A stretch of DNA of 55,960 nt from Chiloscyllium plagiosum (Eukaryota), in the NCBI RefSeq assembly GCF_004010195.1, contig NW_025215381.1, positions 838,184 to 894,143 on the forward strand, given 5' to 3'. The position numbers and the translations under genes were made by a program. Under the pieces are notes generated by a model. That model was not told the origin of the DNA. It searched no databases and saw nothing but the letters and a program-made list of their open reading frames with translations. Positions 36,837 to 49,068 of the stretch are shown in pieces (position 1 is the stretch's first letter; every line of letters begins with the position of its first letter).

Positions 36837-37743
36837 NNNNNNNNNNNNNNNNNNNNNNNNNNNNNNNNNNNNNNNNNNNNNNNNNNNNNNNNNNNNNNNN
36901 NNNNNNNNNNNNNNNNNNNNNNNNNNNNNNNNNNNNNNNNNNNNNNNNNNNNNNNNNNNNNNNNNNNNNNNNNNNNNNNNNNNNNNNNNNNNNNNNNNNN
37001 NNNNNNNNNNNNNNNNNNNNNNNNNNNNNNNNNNNNNNNNNNNNNNNNNNNNNNNNNNNNNNNNNNNNNNNNNNNNNNNNNNNNNNNNNNNNNNNNNNNN
37101 NNNNNNNNNNNNNNNNNNNNNNNNNNNNNNNNNNNNNNNNNNNNNNNNNNNNNNNNNNNNNNNNNNNNNNNNNNNNNNNNNNNNNNNNNNNNNNNNNNNN
37201 NNNNNNNNNNNNNNNNNNNNNNNNNNNNNNNNNNNNNNNNNNNNNNNNNNNNNNNNNNNNNNNNNNNNNNNNNNNNNNNNNNNNNNNNNNNNNNNNNNNN
37301 NNNNNNNNNNNNNNNNNNNNNNNNNNNNNNNNNNNNNNNNNNNNNNNNNNNNNNNNNNNNNNNNNNNNNNNNNNNNNNNNNNNNNNNNNNNNNNNNNNNN
37401 NNNNNNNNNNNNNNNNNNNNNNNNNNNNNNNNNNNNNNNNNNNNNNNNNNNNNNNNNNNNNNNNNNNNNNNNNNNNNNNNNNNNNNNNNNNNNNNNNNNN
37501 NNNNNNNNNNNNNNNNNNNNNNNNNNNNNNNNNNNNNNNNNNNNNNNNNNNNNNNNNNNNNNNNNNNNNNNNNNNNNNNNNNNNNNNNNNNNNNNNNNNN
37601 NNNNNNNNNNNNNNNNNNNNNNNNNNNNNNNNNNNNNNNNNNNNNNNNNNNNNNNNNNNNNNNNNNNNNNNNNNNNNNNNNNNNNNNNNNNNNNNNNNNN
37701 NNNNNNNNNNNNNNNNNNNNNNNNNNNNNNNNNNNNNNNNNNN
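36837..37743. other. Assembly gap (907 N)
   Basis: Run of N. Confidence 1.
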
Positions 37744-37922
37744 CTCACCTTGACCTCCTTCCACCTATCGCCTCCCCCAAGTTCCTCCTCCCTACCTTTT
37801 ATCTTAGCCTGCTGGACACACTTTCCTCATTCCTGAAGAAGGGCTCATGCCCGAAACGTCGATTCTCCTGCTCCTTGGATGCTGCCTGACCTGCTGCGCT
37901 TTTCCAGCAACACATTTTCAGC
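37744..37922 (+). mobile_element. Family 1 Penelope-like 3' end / terminal repeat
   Basis: Same arm sequence as 9241-9335. Confidence 0.8.
37833..37860 (+). ncRNA. Minimal type I hammerhead ribozyme, intact core
   Basis: CUGAAGA-A-GGGC(UCAU)GCCC-GAAA-C-GUC with palindromic ACGU helix III; helix I pairing is weak. Confidence 0.6.
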
Positions 37923-39634
37923 GCTATCCCTAATCGGTCCCCAATTTCCGAATACATGCACATCCTGTCCCTCAGCATTCTCTCCATATACTTGCCCGCT
38001 ACCAACGTCGGGCTCACTGGTCTATACTTTCCTGGTTTTTCCATCCCACCTTTCTTAAATAGTGGCACCTCACCTGTGACTATCGATGATACAAATACTT
38101 CAGAAAGGGGCCCAGTAATCACTTCTCTAGCTTCCCACAGAGTTCTAAGGTACATTTGATCAGGTCTTGGGGATTTATCCACCTTTCTGCATTTCAAGGC
38201 ATCCAGCACTTCCTCCTCTGTAATATGGATAATTTTCAAGATGTCCCCATCTATTTCCCTTCATCTATTTCCATATCTTCTATATCCTTTTCCACAATAA
38301 ATACTGATGCAAAATACTCATATGGTATCTCTCCCATCTTCTGCAGTTCCACACAAAGATCAGCAAAGCAGCCTAAGGGGCCCAGTGTCTCCCTAGTTAC
38401 CCTTTTGTTCTTAGTGTATTTATAAAAACTCTTTGGATTCTCCTTAACCCTATTTGCCAAAGCTATCTCATGTCCCCCTTTTGCCCTCCTGATTTCCCTC
38501 TTAAGTATACTCCGACTGCCTTTACACTCTAAGGATTTACTCAGTCCTTCCTGTCTATACCTGACTCACGCTTCCTTCTTTTTCTTAACCACAACCTCAA
38601 TTTCTCTCGAAATCCAGCTTTCCCTACATTTACCAGCCTTTCCTTTCACCCTAACAGGAATATACTTTCTCTGGATTCTAGTTATCTCATTTCTGAAGGC
38701 TTCCCATTTTCTAGCCGTCCCTTTACCTGTGAACACCTACCCCCCCAATCAGGTTTTGAAAATTCTTGCCTAATACCGTCAAAATTGGGCTACCTCCAAT
38801 TTAGAACTTCAACTTTTCGATCTGGTCTATCCTTTTCCATCACTATTTTAAAACCAATAGAATTATGGTCGCTGGCCCCAAAGTGCTCCCCCACTGACAC
38901 CTTAGTCACCTGCCCTGCCTTATTTCCCAAAAGTAGATCAAGTTTTGTACCTTCTCTAGTGGGTACATCCACATACTGAATCATAACAGTTTCTTGTGCA
39001 CACTTAACAAGTTCATCTCCAGCTAAACCCTTAAACACTATGGCAGTTTCAGTCTATGTTTGGAAAGTTAAAATCCCCTACCATAACTACCCTATTATTC
39101 TGACAGATAACTGAAATCTTACAAATTTGTTTCTCAATTTCCTGCTGACTATTAAGGGGTCTATAACACAATCCCAATAAGGTGATTGTCTCTTTCTTAT
39201 TTCTCAGTTCCACGCAAGTAACTTCCCTGTGGCAACACAATACTCCATCTTGGCCACGTGTGTTGCCACTTTGAGGGAACTGTGGACCTGCACACCCAGA
39301 TCCATCTGTATGTTCATGTTTCTAAGGGTTCTGCCAGTTACAGTATAACTCACACTTGAATTTGATCCTCCAAAATGTATCACCTTGCAGGGATTATTAC
39401 AGGAAGTCTGACAGCCACACGAGCAGCCCCATCAAACGGTTAACCGGACGAGTGACAAGTTAGCCCAGTTTAGCAGACCATTGGACCAGGGTAGAATTTG
39501 GTCTGAAGCATCCAGAAATCCCCAATCTTCTTCCTGTGATGCCAAGCAGATATGAGAACGTTCCAATTCATTTTTTTCCCAAAATGAATGACATCTGGAT
39601 GCTCTGTTTCAAAAAAGGACACTACTGATTTATA

Positions 39635-39890
39635 GGAGAAAGTGAGGACTGCAGATGCTGGAGATCAGAGCTGAAAATGTGTGGCTGGAAAAGCGCAACA
39701 GGTCAGGCAGCATCCAAGGAACAGGAGAATCGACGTTTCGGGCATAAGCTCTTCTTCATAAGCCCTGAAAAAGGGCTTATGCCCGAAACGTCGATTCTCC
39801 TGTTCCTTGGATGCTGCCTGACCTGCTGCACTTTTCCAGCAACACATTTTCAGCTCTGATCTCCAGCATCTGCAGTCCTCACTTTCTCCT
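39635..39890. mobile_element. Near-perfect palindromic family 1 element (arms about 120 bp)
   Basis: ggagaaagtgaggactgcagatgctggagatcagagctgaaaatg... and its reverse complement; 15-bp target-site duplication cactactgatttata (39620-39634, 39891-39905). Confidence 0.92.
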
Positions 39891-40221
39891 CACTACTGAT
39901 TTATAAGCCGGCTGCCACATGTCACCTGAGTCGTGGAACTCAATTTGAGTAAGTTTCTAATAATAGATTACAGTGCTGTTGCTGGACAAAACTCCTGTGG
40001 ACCTGTCATTGTGAGGACTTGTCCAAAGACAACAAGGGCATCAACACTCAATTTGACTCCAAAATGTACCAGATGACAACAGCTAATGAAACCAATTAGT
40101 ACAAGGAAGTCCGAAAGAGCTCCATCTGCCTTCACTCTAAACCAATGGAATCTGATAGGACTATGAATTACTTTCCAATGTGTATGCATGTCCAATCATC
40201 ACATAACCATAACACTTCGAT

Positions 40222-40950
40222 TTCTGGTTTGGAGATGCCGGTGTTGGACTGGGGTGTATAAAGTTAAAAATCACACAATACCAGGTTATAGTCCGACAGG
40301 TTTAATTGGAAGCACTAGCTTTTGGAGCATCGCTCCTTCATCAGGTGGTTGTGGAGGACACAATTGTACGACACAGAATTTATAGCAAAAGTTTACAATG
40401 TGATGTAACTGAAATTACACATTGAAAAATACCTTGATTGTTTGTTGAGTCTTTCATCTGTTAGAATGACTATGTTATTTCACTTCTTTCATATGTAAAT
40501 CACAAAACTTTTTTTTTAAAAAGTTAAATTCTCAGGTTAACTGTAACAACTGGTGTTAGCCAGATAGTATGTTGAAGGTTTTAGCCCCCTGTGTCATAAT
40601 GTTTAGACTGATTCTAATCTAAAAAGTGAGTTAACACAGAGTCTTACATGAATTCATGCAGTTTTTTGAGCAAAGTACAAATTCACCCCACAAACATATG
40701 TATATGTGAGCACGTGGGTTTGTGTGTGTGTGTCTGTCTGGGATGGGGGGCTGAGAGTGTGAGAAAGAGTGTGTGTGCGTGCATATGAGAGTGTAGAGTG
40801 TCTAAGTCTGTGGGGGGGTGCAAATGAGAGTGTGGGAGCGTGTGTCTGTAGGAGTGTGTGTGTCTGGAGAAGGGGGGTTGTGAGTATCTGTGAGAGTGTG
40901 TATATGAGTGTGTGTGAGTATAGAGTAGTCTAAGTCTGTGAAAGGATGCA
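40222..40950 (-). mobile_element. Family 2 Penelope-like 3' end with a (TG/GA)-rich tract
   Basis: Terminal repeat matches 18196-18330 and 20280-20402; hammerhead-like core at 40316-40344. Confidence 0.8.
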
Positions 40951-41164
40951 TGTGAAAGCTTGGTTTGGTCTTTGCAGGTCAGCAATGCACACTGCTGAGT
41001 TAACAGCAGAAATCAGGCAACAAAGCCACAAGACTCTATGTCCAAATCATTCTCAAAACCTGTTTCCAGAAGGTCACATGTTTGTCTGAGAAAACAAATG
41101 GGTCCTCAGGATGCAAGAATTTGATAAAGTTGTCCAAATAACAGGGCATCTCTTATTGCCAATA

Positions 41165-42105
41165 AACTCTCTATTTCATCTGGGCATCAGTTATACATTA
41201 ATGATCCAACAAAGAACTGAGGGTATTGTTGCTAAGTTTGCATATGACCCAAAGACAGGTGGTGTTGAGGAAGCACTTGGGACAGTCTAGGAGAGTGGGC
41301 AAAGAAGTGGCAAATGGAATACATTATGGGAAAATGAGGGGTCATGCACTTTGGCACGAAGACTAGAGGCATTGACTATTTTCAAATGGGGAAAGTCTTC
41401 AGAAATCTGAAGCACAAAGGGACTGAGAAGTTCTAGCTCAGAATTCTCTTAAGGCTGACATGCAGATTCAGTTGATAATTAGTTAGTAAGGCAAATGCAA
41501 AATGTTAGCATTCATTTCAAGAGGGCTAGAATACAAAAGCAGGGATGTACTAATGAGGCCACATTAGATTATGATTCAAATGCATTTGGAATATTGTGAG
41601 CAATTTTGGGCCCAGGATATACTGGCATTGAGGGGGTCCAGAGGAGGTTCTCAAGAATGATCCCGGGTTTGTCATGTGAGGATTCGAAGTCTGTATTGGA
41701 TGGACCTTTAGAAGGATTAGGGAGGGATCTCATTGAAGGTTACAGAATACTGAGAGGCCTGGATAGATTGAATGTGGAGAAGATGTCACCACTAGGAGGA
41801 GAGGCTAGCACCCAAGGGCACAACCTCAGAGTGAAGGAACAACTCTTTCAAACTGAGACAAGGAGGAATTTTGTCAGCTAGAGGGTGGTGGATCTGTGAA
41901 AACCCATTGCCGCAAAAGACTGTGGAGGCCATGTCATCGACTGTCTTCAAGACAATGATAAATAGGTTCTTGATGAGAAAGAGGATCAAAAGTTACATAG
42001 AGAAGACAGAAGAATGGGTAGAGAAGCAGAACAGCAATGCTTGAATGGCAGAGTATTGTCGAAGGACCGAATGACCTAATTCTGCTCCTATATCTTATGG
42101 TCTTA
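41165..42105 (+). mobile_element. Older CR1 3' half
   Basis: EGVQRRFSRMIPG..RDLIEGYRILRGLDR..QGH; tcttatg tail. Confidence 0.8.
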
Positions 42106-42685
42106 TGTGGGCTGCTCCTGAACTTCCAGAGTGAAGAGATCACCCTCACTGGACTCAACATAAAAAACTAACTAAAATTTATTCTTAACCAATTTTCTGT
42201 TATTATATCTTACTTGTATGCACACACTGTAGTGATAAACCTTTCCAGAAAAATCGTGCCAATAAATAACGTTTCTGATTTTAAAAACCCACACAAGACT
42301 ATTACTAATGACCTGGTGTCGGATGATTATATGGGAAAGGGGGCTTTAATTCAGCCGTATCAAGATCCTAAACTGGAAAGAAGAAGTATCTTGTTGTGGT
42401 GAGGTTTTGGTCTAACTTGCTGCCTTGTCCATCAGATTCATGGTCAATGTTTCTCTTTTGGCCATTTCAAAGCCCTTTTGAGGGGGGGCCTTGGTTTTAA
42501 CTGATCAACTGAAAGGCACCTCTCAAACGTGCTCTAAGTGTCAGTCTGGGTGAGGCACTCCAGCCTCTGTGCTGGAATCCATGACTTCCTGACTCAGGGA
42601 GCAGAGTGCTGCCTACTGAGTACAGGCGGTGGTCTGTACTCTGAATTCTTAACAGCTCAGCCAGCCCGGGGGGGGGGGGACTTAC

Positions 42686-42759
42686 CTGTGCAATGGCTGA
42701 TGTGAACATCTGTGATTTTGGCCGATCGCCCAACAGTCCGCCTGGTCTCCCATGGCCTT
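42686..42759 (-). CDS. GPS2: GPS2 coding exon, 74 nt: (E)GHGRPGGLLGDRPKSQMFTSAIAQ
   Basis: Acceptor ttctcattccgcag|AAG, donor CAG|gtaagt, phase 1 to 0; matches GPS2 GHNRPGTLMAADRAKQMF. Confidence 0.92.
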
Positions 42760-43902
42760 CTGCGGAATGAGAACACGAGGATAAAGGTGAAAATGCCATC
42801 ATCCCTTTAGTGCCCGCCAGCACGAGGAGTCAAGGATGAGCGGAAACGTCAGCTGATATTCAGACCTTCTCCCAACCAAAATTAACACAAGCTAAAAATG
42901 ATCTGAGGAGACATTTCCACCACGGTTCACAACAGGCACACTCTTAAATGACAGGAAGTTGTGTTCGCATGGTTCCCACTGACTCCATCAGTTTCTAAAT
43001 TGATAATGGGATTTAGATTCACCAATCTCACCATATAGTGCTTGGGACTGTAGTACCTGATGCTAAATATTCAAAATAATTTCCAAGTGCATTCTGATAA
43101 ATTGCCATTTTATATTGCAGAATCAAAGTTTCTAGAGAATTGTAGGATTGACAAGGACTGCTGCTGGAGATTTGGGACTCTTGTCTTGAGCGCAGGTAAA
43201 GCTTCTGGGAGCACAGAATCACAGGGAATAGGAATAGGCTCTTCAATGCTTTCAACCTGACCACGGCAGATCATCCAACTCAATATCCTGTTCCCACTTG
43301 CACCTGAAGAACAGAGGCAAGCTGCTTCGTTACATTGCAACATGATGCAAGAGGCTTCTGGGATTGTCCATAAAACCTATTTGATGCTCCGGAAACAGTT
43401 CTTTATTCATATTGAGCTCAACGTTAATTGCAGTGAGGGCGAGGACAAATGGTGAAGATGGCGATTCAGTAATAATCAGTCAACAAACCATGCATCTGAA
43501 CCTGATCCTTTCCCATTGGAAAGTGGGACCAGGCAGAACTGGACTTTGATGGTGCATCTTTAAGGTCAGCCAAGTGGATGAGGTGCAGTGAGTGCCTCCT
43601 TCAGGGGAAAAGACTGAAAGGGCGACTGGAAATAGAGAGTGAAAATCTCAGATGTCTACGTGAATGTCAATTGCCTTCACTGGAATAGGTGGTCTTTGGG
43701 CCCTCAAATCTGTTCTTTCATTCAGTCAGACCTTTCTTAATCTGTCTAAGCTGAACTCTAACTCTGGAACCCTGAATTCCAGTACCCAACTGAAAAAGCT
43801 TACCTTACTTTTTAAATTTTCAAGATTGACTCCCAACCTCAACAGGGAGCATGGCTTTCCAGATTTCTACTGTCCTTAGTGTGAGGAAGTGTTTTTTTTA
43901 AG

Positions 43903-44185
43903 ATTAGAATACCTATAACGTGGAAGCAGGCTGCTCGGCCCAACAAATCCACACCAACCTTCAAGAGAAACCCACCCAGACCCATTTCCTTCTGACTAAA
44001 GCTCCTAACACTACGGGCAATTTAGCACGGCCAATTCACGTGACCTGCACATCCTTGGACTGTGGGAGGAAACCCACGCAGACACGGGGAGAATGTGCAA
44101 ACTCCACACAGACAGTCATCCAAGACAGGAATCGAACCTGGGATCCTGGTGCTGTGAGGCAGCAGTGCTAACCACTGAGCCGCCC
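43903..44185 (-). mobile_element. HE1-type SINE
   Basis: HE1 head, core and tail. Confidence 0.88.
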
Positions 44186-44824
44186 CTTAAGGGGGTAAGG
44201 ACCCCACCCCGCCAACCCACCCCACCTCTTTCAGAACATGCACTTCATGGAAATAGTTTGTCTCAATCAAATCCTTTAATCATTTTCATCCTCCATTAGA
44301 CCACCCATTAATCTCCGAGTCCAATACCAACATCTTGATTTTTTTTCCTCAGGGGAGATTGGTGATCAGGGTTCCATGTAGTTGAGGCACTTTTCAATTC
44401 AAACTCACGTAATGCATGCAGAGGTACCCAGAAATTCAGACAAAATGACTCCATTCATATTGTGTTGATCAAGGAATGATCTCATTGTGGCATAAGTGAC
44501 AATAAAACAATTTTGGGGGCGAGGAAGGGTCCAGAATGTACAGGCTGTACAGGGGTGATGTCAAGAAGCGCCGCGCGCCACCACCCCCCCCCTCCTTAAA
44601 TGTGTGTGGACATCTAGAATTCTTGCCCTCCACAAACCTATTCAATTCAACATTCCAAAACTGAGACTGACATCTGTTTGCTGAGGTGAGGGCACTCACA
44701 GATCAGCCTCAATGGAATTGAATGGCAGAACAGTTTAGAGGGGGATGCGTGAATGACTTCCTCTTGTTCCTATCACCCGAAGCAGTTTAAAAGTTCACGC
44801 CGTGATGGTTGAAGCTGACCTTAC

Positions 44825-44904
44825 CTTGGATGTTGATGAGATGCTGGCTGGAATGGACAGCTAGTGCCTGTGGGTAGGTTGCCTGGGTCAGGGTGCTCAT
44901 ATCA
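44825..44904 (-). CDS. GPS2: GPS2 coding exon, 80 nt: (S)DMSTLTQATYPQALAVHSSQHLINIQ
   Basis: Acceptor ttttattccag|T, donor CAAG|gtaagg, phase 2 to 1; matches GPS2 SDLTTLTSAAYQQSLTVHTGTHLLSMQ. Confidence 0.93.
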
Positions 44905-46081
44905 CTGGAATAAAAGGTACAATGCAAAGGAATAATCACACTGTTAATGCAGTTGACAGAACTGTGCATAAGGAAGCTCCAGTTCCTGTGCTGCTCTACC
45001 TGATTTATGCTAGATGCATACTGACCGTCCTACTCTGCATTGCTATGGCTCATCAGTATTCCCCTGAGATTCCAGTGAGTGATCTCTTCTGTACCAAGTA
45101 GCTCAGTAATACCAGCTGAACTCAAGGATAAAGAATGGCCACACCACTGACATATTGGGTGGGTGCCTGAACTCCAGGGAGCCGATTCAAATGGAGAATG
45201 TGATTAAACCTGATAATGTTCCACTTTTACAGGAACAAAAAAAAAATCAACATTACTGAAATTGAGAAAGTTTACAGAACAGAGGCATCTGGGAGTTCTG
45301 ATTTTCACAAAAAATTTTCATTCGCGTGATTAAGGCATCGCTGGTTAGGCCAGCATTTATTCCCCATCCCGAGTCACCAAGAGTCGAGAGTCAACCACAT
45401 TTTTGAGTCTACCAACATGTCGGCCAGATCAGGTAAGGATGGCAGTTTCTTCCCTGAAGAAGATTGATGAGCCAGATGGGTTTTTCCAACAATCGACAAG
45501 GAATTCATTGTCATAAGTTGTCATTAGAATCAATTTTGGATTTTTATTAAATTCCAATTCCTCCATCTGTCATGGAGGGATTTGAACCTGGGTCCCAGGA
45601 TATCACCTTGGTCGCTGGATTAAATGTCTAGTGATAATACCACTAGGCCATCACAGTCCAAAATGCAAGTACGCATTACAGCAAATGATTAGGAAAGCAA
45701 ATAATATTATAGAATCCCATAGTATCCCTACAGTATGGAAACAGGCCATTTGGCCCAACAAGTCTACACCAACCCTCCAAAGAGTAACTCACCCAGACTC
45801 ATTCCGTTACCCTATTACTTTACATTTACCCCTGACTAATGCACCTAACACCCCTGAACACTATTTAGCCTGGCCAATTCACCTAATCTGCGCATCTTTG
45901 GATTGTTGTTAATTACAGGGGAACACAGTGTAAAAGTAGGTAAGTTTTGCTTCAGTTCAGACCACACCTGAAGTACTATGTACAGTTTCACACTCATTCT
46001 GGAAGAAAGGATACAAAAGAAGCAATTGCAGAAGTCCATTTCATGATTCTTGGGAGAAGGGGGTTACCTTGTGAGGAAAGA

Positions 46082-47290
46082 GTCATAGAGCTGGACAGCA
46101 TCCAACTCATCCATGCCAACCCGATACCCTAGTTCCATTTGCCAGCATTTGTTCCATGTGTCTCTAAACCTTTCCTATTCATATACCCATCCAGATGCCT
46201 TTTATATGGTGGAACTGTACCAGCCTCCAACACTTCCTCTGGCAGCTCATTCCATACACGCACCACCCTTTGCTCGAAAACCTTGGCCTTTACATCCTTT
46301 TCAGATTATCCCCCTCTCAACATAAACCTATGCCCTCTAGTTTTGGACACCCCAACCCTGAGAAAAAGACTTTGGCTATTCACCCTATCCATTTACCTCA
46401 TGTTTTTATAAACCTCTGTAAGGTCACCCCCTCAGCCTCCAATGATTAGATTAGATCCTCAACAGTGTGGAAACAGGCCCTTCGGCCCAACCAGTCCACA
46501 CCGACCCTCCGGAGAGTAATCCACCCAAACCCATTTCCGTCTGACTAATGCACCTAACACTATGGGCAATTTAGCGTGGCCAATTCACCTAACCTGCACA
46601 TCTTTGGACTGTGGGAGGAAACTGGAGCACCCAGAGGAAACCAACGCAGACACGGGGAGAATGTGCCAACTCCACACAGACAGTCACCCGAGGCTGGAAT
46701 CGAACCTGGGATCCTAGTGCTGTGAGGCAACAGTGCTAACCAATGAGCCACCGTGTCGCCCCAGGGCGCCAATGCTGCAGGGAAAATAGCTCCAGCCTAT
46801 TCAGCTTTTCTTTATAGCTCAAACTCTCCAATCCCAGCAAGATCCTTGTGAATCTTTTCTGAACATCTTCCATTTATCAGGGAGATGAGAATTTAATGCA
46901 TTATTCCAAAAGTGGCCTAACCAATGCCCTGTACAGTCACAACATGACAACTTATACTCAATGCACTGACCAATAAAGGAAATGCTTTCTTCACTATCCT
47001 GTATACCTGCCGCTCTACTTTCAAGGAACTATGAATTTGCACCCAAGGTCTCTTTGATCAGCAGCACTACTATTGAGTGTTTTAAGTCCTGCCCTGATTT
47101 ACCTTACTAAAATGCAAACTTTACATTTATCTAAATTAAACTCCATCTGCCACTCTGTGGCCCATATGATCAAGGTCCCATTATACTGAGATAAGCTTCA
47201 CTGTCCACTACATCACCAATTTTGGTGTCATGTGCAAACATATTAACCAATCCTCATTTATATCCAAATCATTCATATAAATGACAAAAA
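46082..47290 (-). mobile_element. HER1/CR1 3' fragment with a nested HE1 SINE (46445-46762, -)
   Basis: CR1 3' motifs resume after a full-length SINE. Confidence 0.85.
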
Positions 47291-48636
47291 AAGTGTACCA
47301 AGGATGAGGGGATGTTTCCACTTTTCAGCAAATCTAGGATGTGGTTTTGAAATCAGGAGTCACCCAATAAGCGGAGATGAGACGCAATTGTTCCTCTCAT
47401 GAGCAATCTTCCCCCTGACGTTTTCCTCTTCTGCATGAACCTCCAGAAACGGAAGTAAAAGTTGCAGCTTGTATCTGCAACCAATCACCATGCACAGAAC
47501 ACAGCAGTGGCTGCACTGAGTGTTGCTGGGCAGCTGAGAAGGGACATTGGTTGAGAGTATTTGGAACCCTCTCCCTAAAAAGGTGGTGGTAGCAGAGTCC
47601 TTGCATATTTTTAAGGCAGACATAGATAATTTCCTATCTTACTTAACAAGAATCTGTCTGGGAAGGTGGGAATGTGGAGTAATCAAACCAACTTTTAGAA
47701 TAGTGAAGGAGACCGATCAAGGCTACTCCTTGACTGTATGTAAGTGGCTTGACTATTCCTTGGCTCGGTTGTCAAAGTTGGGATCTTGCCATGCATGCTA
47801 CCTTTCCCTCTGTGCCAAAAGCCACACAGCCTCACTTTACCATGTTTTACATGAAGTGCATGGTCCTTTTTCAAGATGCGGCAAAGCGCTACCTTCCAGA
47901 AATACTGGTGTTTTTAACACAGCTTTATGTCCACATGACACAGCCTTGCTAAGTTTAATTCAGAACTTCCATTTTGGCTACCTGACATTTTAAAATTTTA
48001 TTTTTTCTTTTGCTGCCTCAGAAGATGCTGACTCTTGGCAATGCACGTTGAGGTACTCAGCTACACTTCAATTTTACAAGTTGTCCTGGTCCTGTTTGTC
48101 TCAACCTGGTACTGAACATTCCCAACCTTTGACACTGCTACTCAAGTATGATGATTTAAAAACTACACCAGGCGTTGTAAAGCAAAGGACTGACAACGCG
48201 GAATCGGTCAATTTCCCCGAATACCAACCAATCAAATGGTAGCCATCCTAAATGCAATTGCCTCCTTGGGTGAGGTTTTGAGTATGTAACTGCTGGCCAG
48301 TGAACGCGTTTTGTCACTGCTTCACAACACAGCCAGACTCAAAGCTGGTCTAATTCTTTCGAACAGCCTAATAATACAGCAGAGCCTGCGGTATAATTAG
48401 ACAGTCAAAGGGCACTGACGATGAGGCAGTAACATTATCTTAGAGTTCAAATGACTTTCACAGGCAGAACTGATACCCTGTTTAGCATTTAGAAACACAA
48501 TTTATTACCTATCCAGGCTTGCCCTGGAGAAGGTAGTGGTGAGCTGCTTTTTTATCTGCAGCAGTTCATTTGCTTTAGGTACATCCAGTGCTTTTGGAAA
48601 GGGAGTTTTAGGGTTTTGAATTGACAACAATTAACC

Positions 48637-48930
48637 ACGGTGGCTCAGTGGTTAGCACTGCTGCCTCACAGCACCAGGGACCCGGGTTTGATTCCAGCCT
48701 CAGGTGACTGTCAGTCTGGAGTTTGCACATTCTCCCCACGCTCCGGTGCAGGTTAGGTGAATTGGCCACGCTAAATTGCCCCTAGTGTTCAGGGATGCGT
48801 AGATTAGGTGCATTAGTCAGGGGAAATGTAGAGTATAGTGTAGGGGAATGGGTCTAGGTGGGTTTCTCTTTGGAGAGTCAGTGCGGACTTGTTGGGCCTA
48901 ATGGCCTGTTTCCATACTATACGGATTCTA
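48637..48930 (+). mobile_element. HE1-type SINE
   Basis: cacggtggctcagtggttagcactgctgcctcacagc head. Confidence 0.88.
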
Positions 48931-48975
48931 TGTTCAATTTTTTTGTCCCTGCTTTGTCTTTCCTGCAGGGCTTAA

Positions 48976-49068
<93 letters not shown>

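Larger units (their letters stand above)
36268..39230 (-). mobile_element. HER1/CR1 LINE probably spanning the gap: endonuclease, RT start and 3' end
   Basis: GDFNFPNID, LDLLLGN and SDHN (APE endonuclease); KSP.PD and YRPVS; 3' [17 protein letters not shown] and FKRHLDGYMN with ctctatga tail. Confidence 0.85.
27449..44904 (-). other. GPS2: GPS2 gene, 3' portion: 7 coding exons, 658 nt CDS in window; N-terminal coiled-coil exons not found in window
   Basis: Spliced translation (S)DMSTLTQATYPQALAVHSSQHLINIQEGHGRPGGLLGDRPKSQMF...SSQQLRGPSAFQ...YAVHGHF...LQKQLEHANQQSGFTDS...AGFQATGQPAPRHAYLQHSQGQRYYHQ* is collinear with human GPS2 as recalled (SDLTTLTSAAYQQSLTVHTGTHLLSMQ...SQQLRAPSAF...YAVHGHF...LQKQMEHANQQTGFSDS...SGFAATSQPGPRLPFIQHSQNPRFYHK). 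All introns are GT-AG with compatible phases. Confidence 0.95.

Noticed and set aside
47360..47623. ORF with LQLLLPFLEVHAEEE resembling the GPS2 coiled-coil exon
   Set aside because: Too dissimilar for a highly conserved region, no suitable donor, and it lies within a CR1 remnant
48148..48193. C box (ATGATGA) and D box (CTGA) snoRNA-like pair
   Set aside because: Only about 46 nt, antisense to the host gene and without a terminal stem
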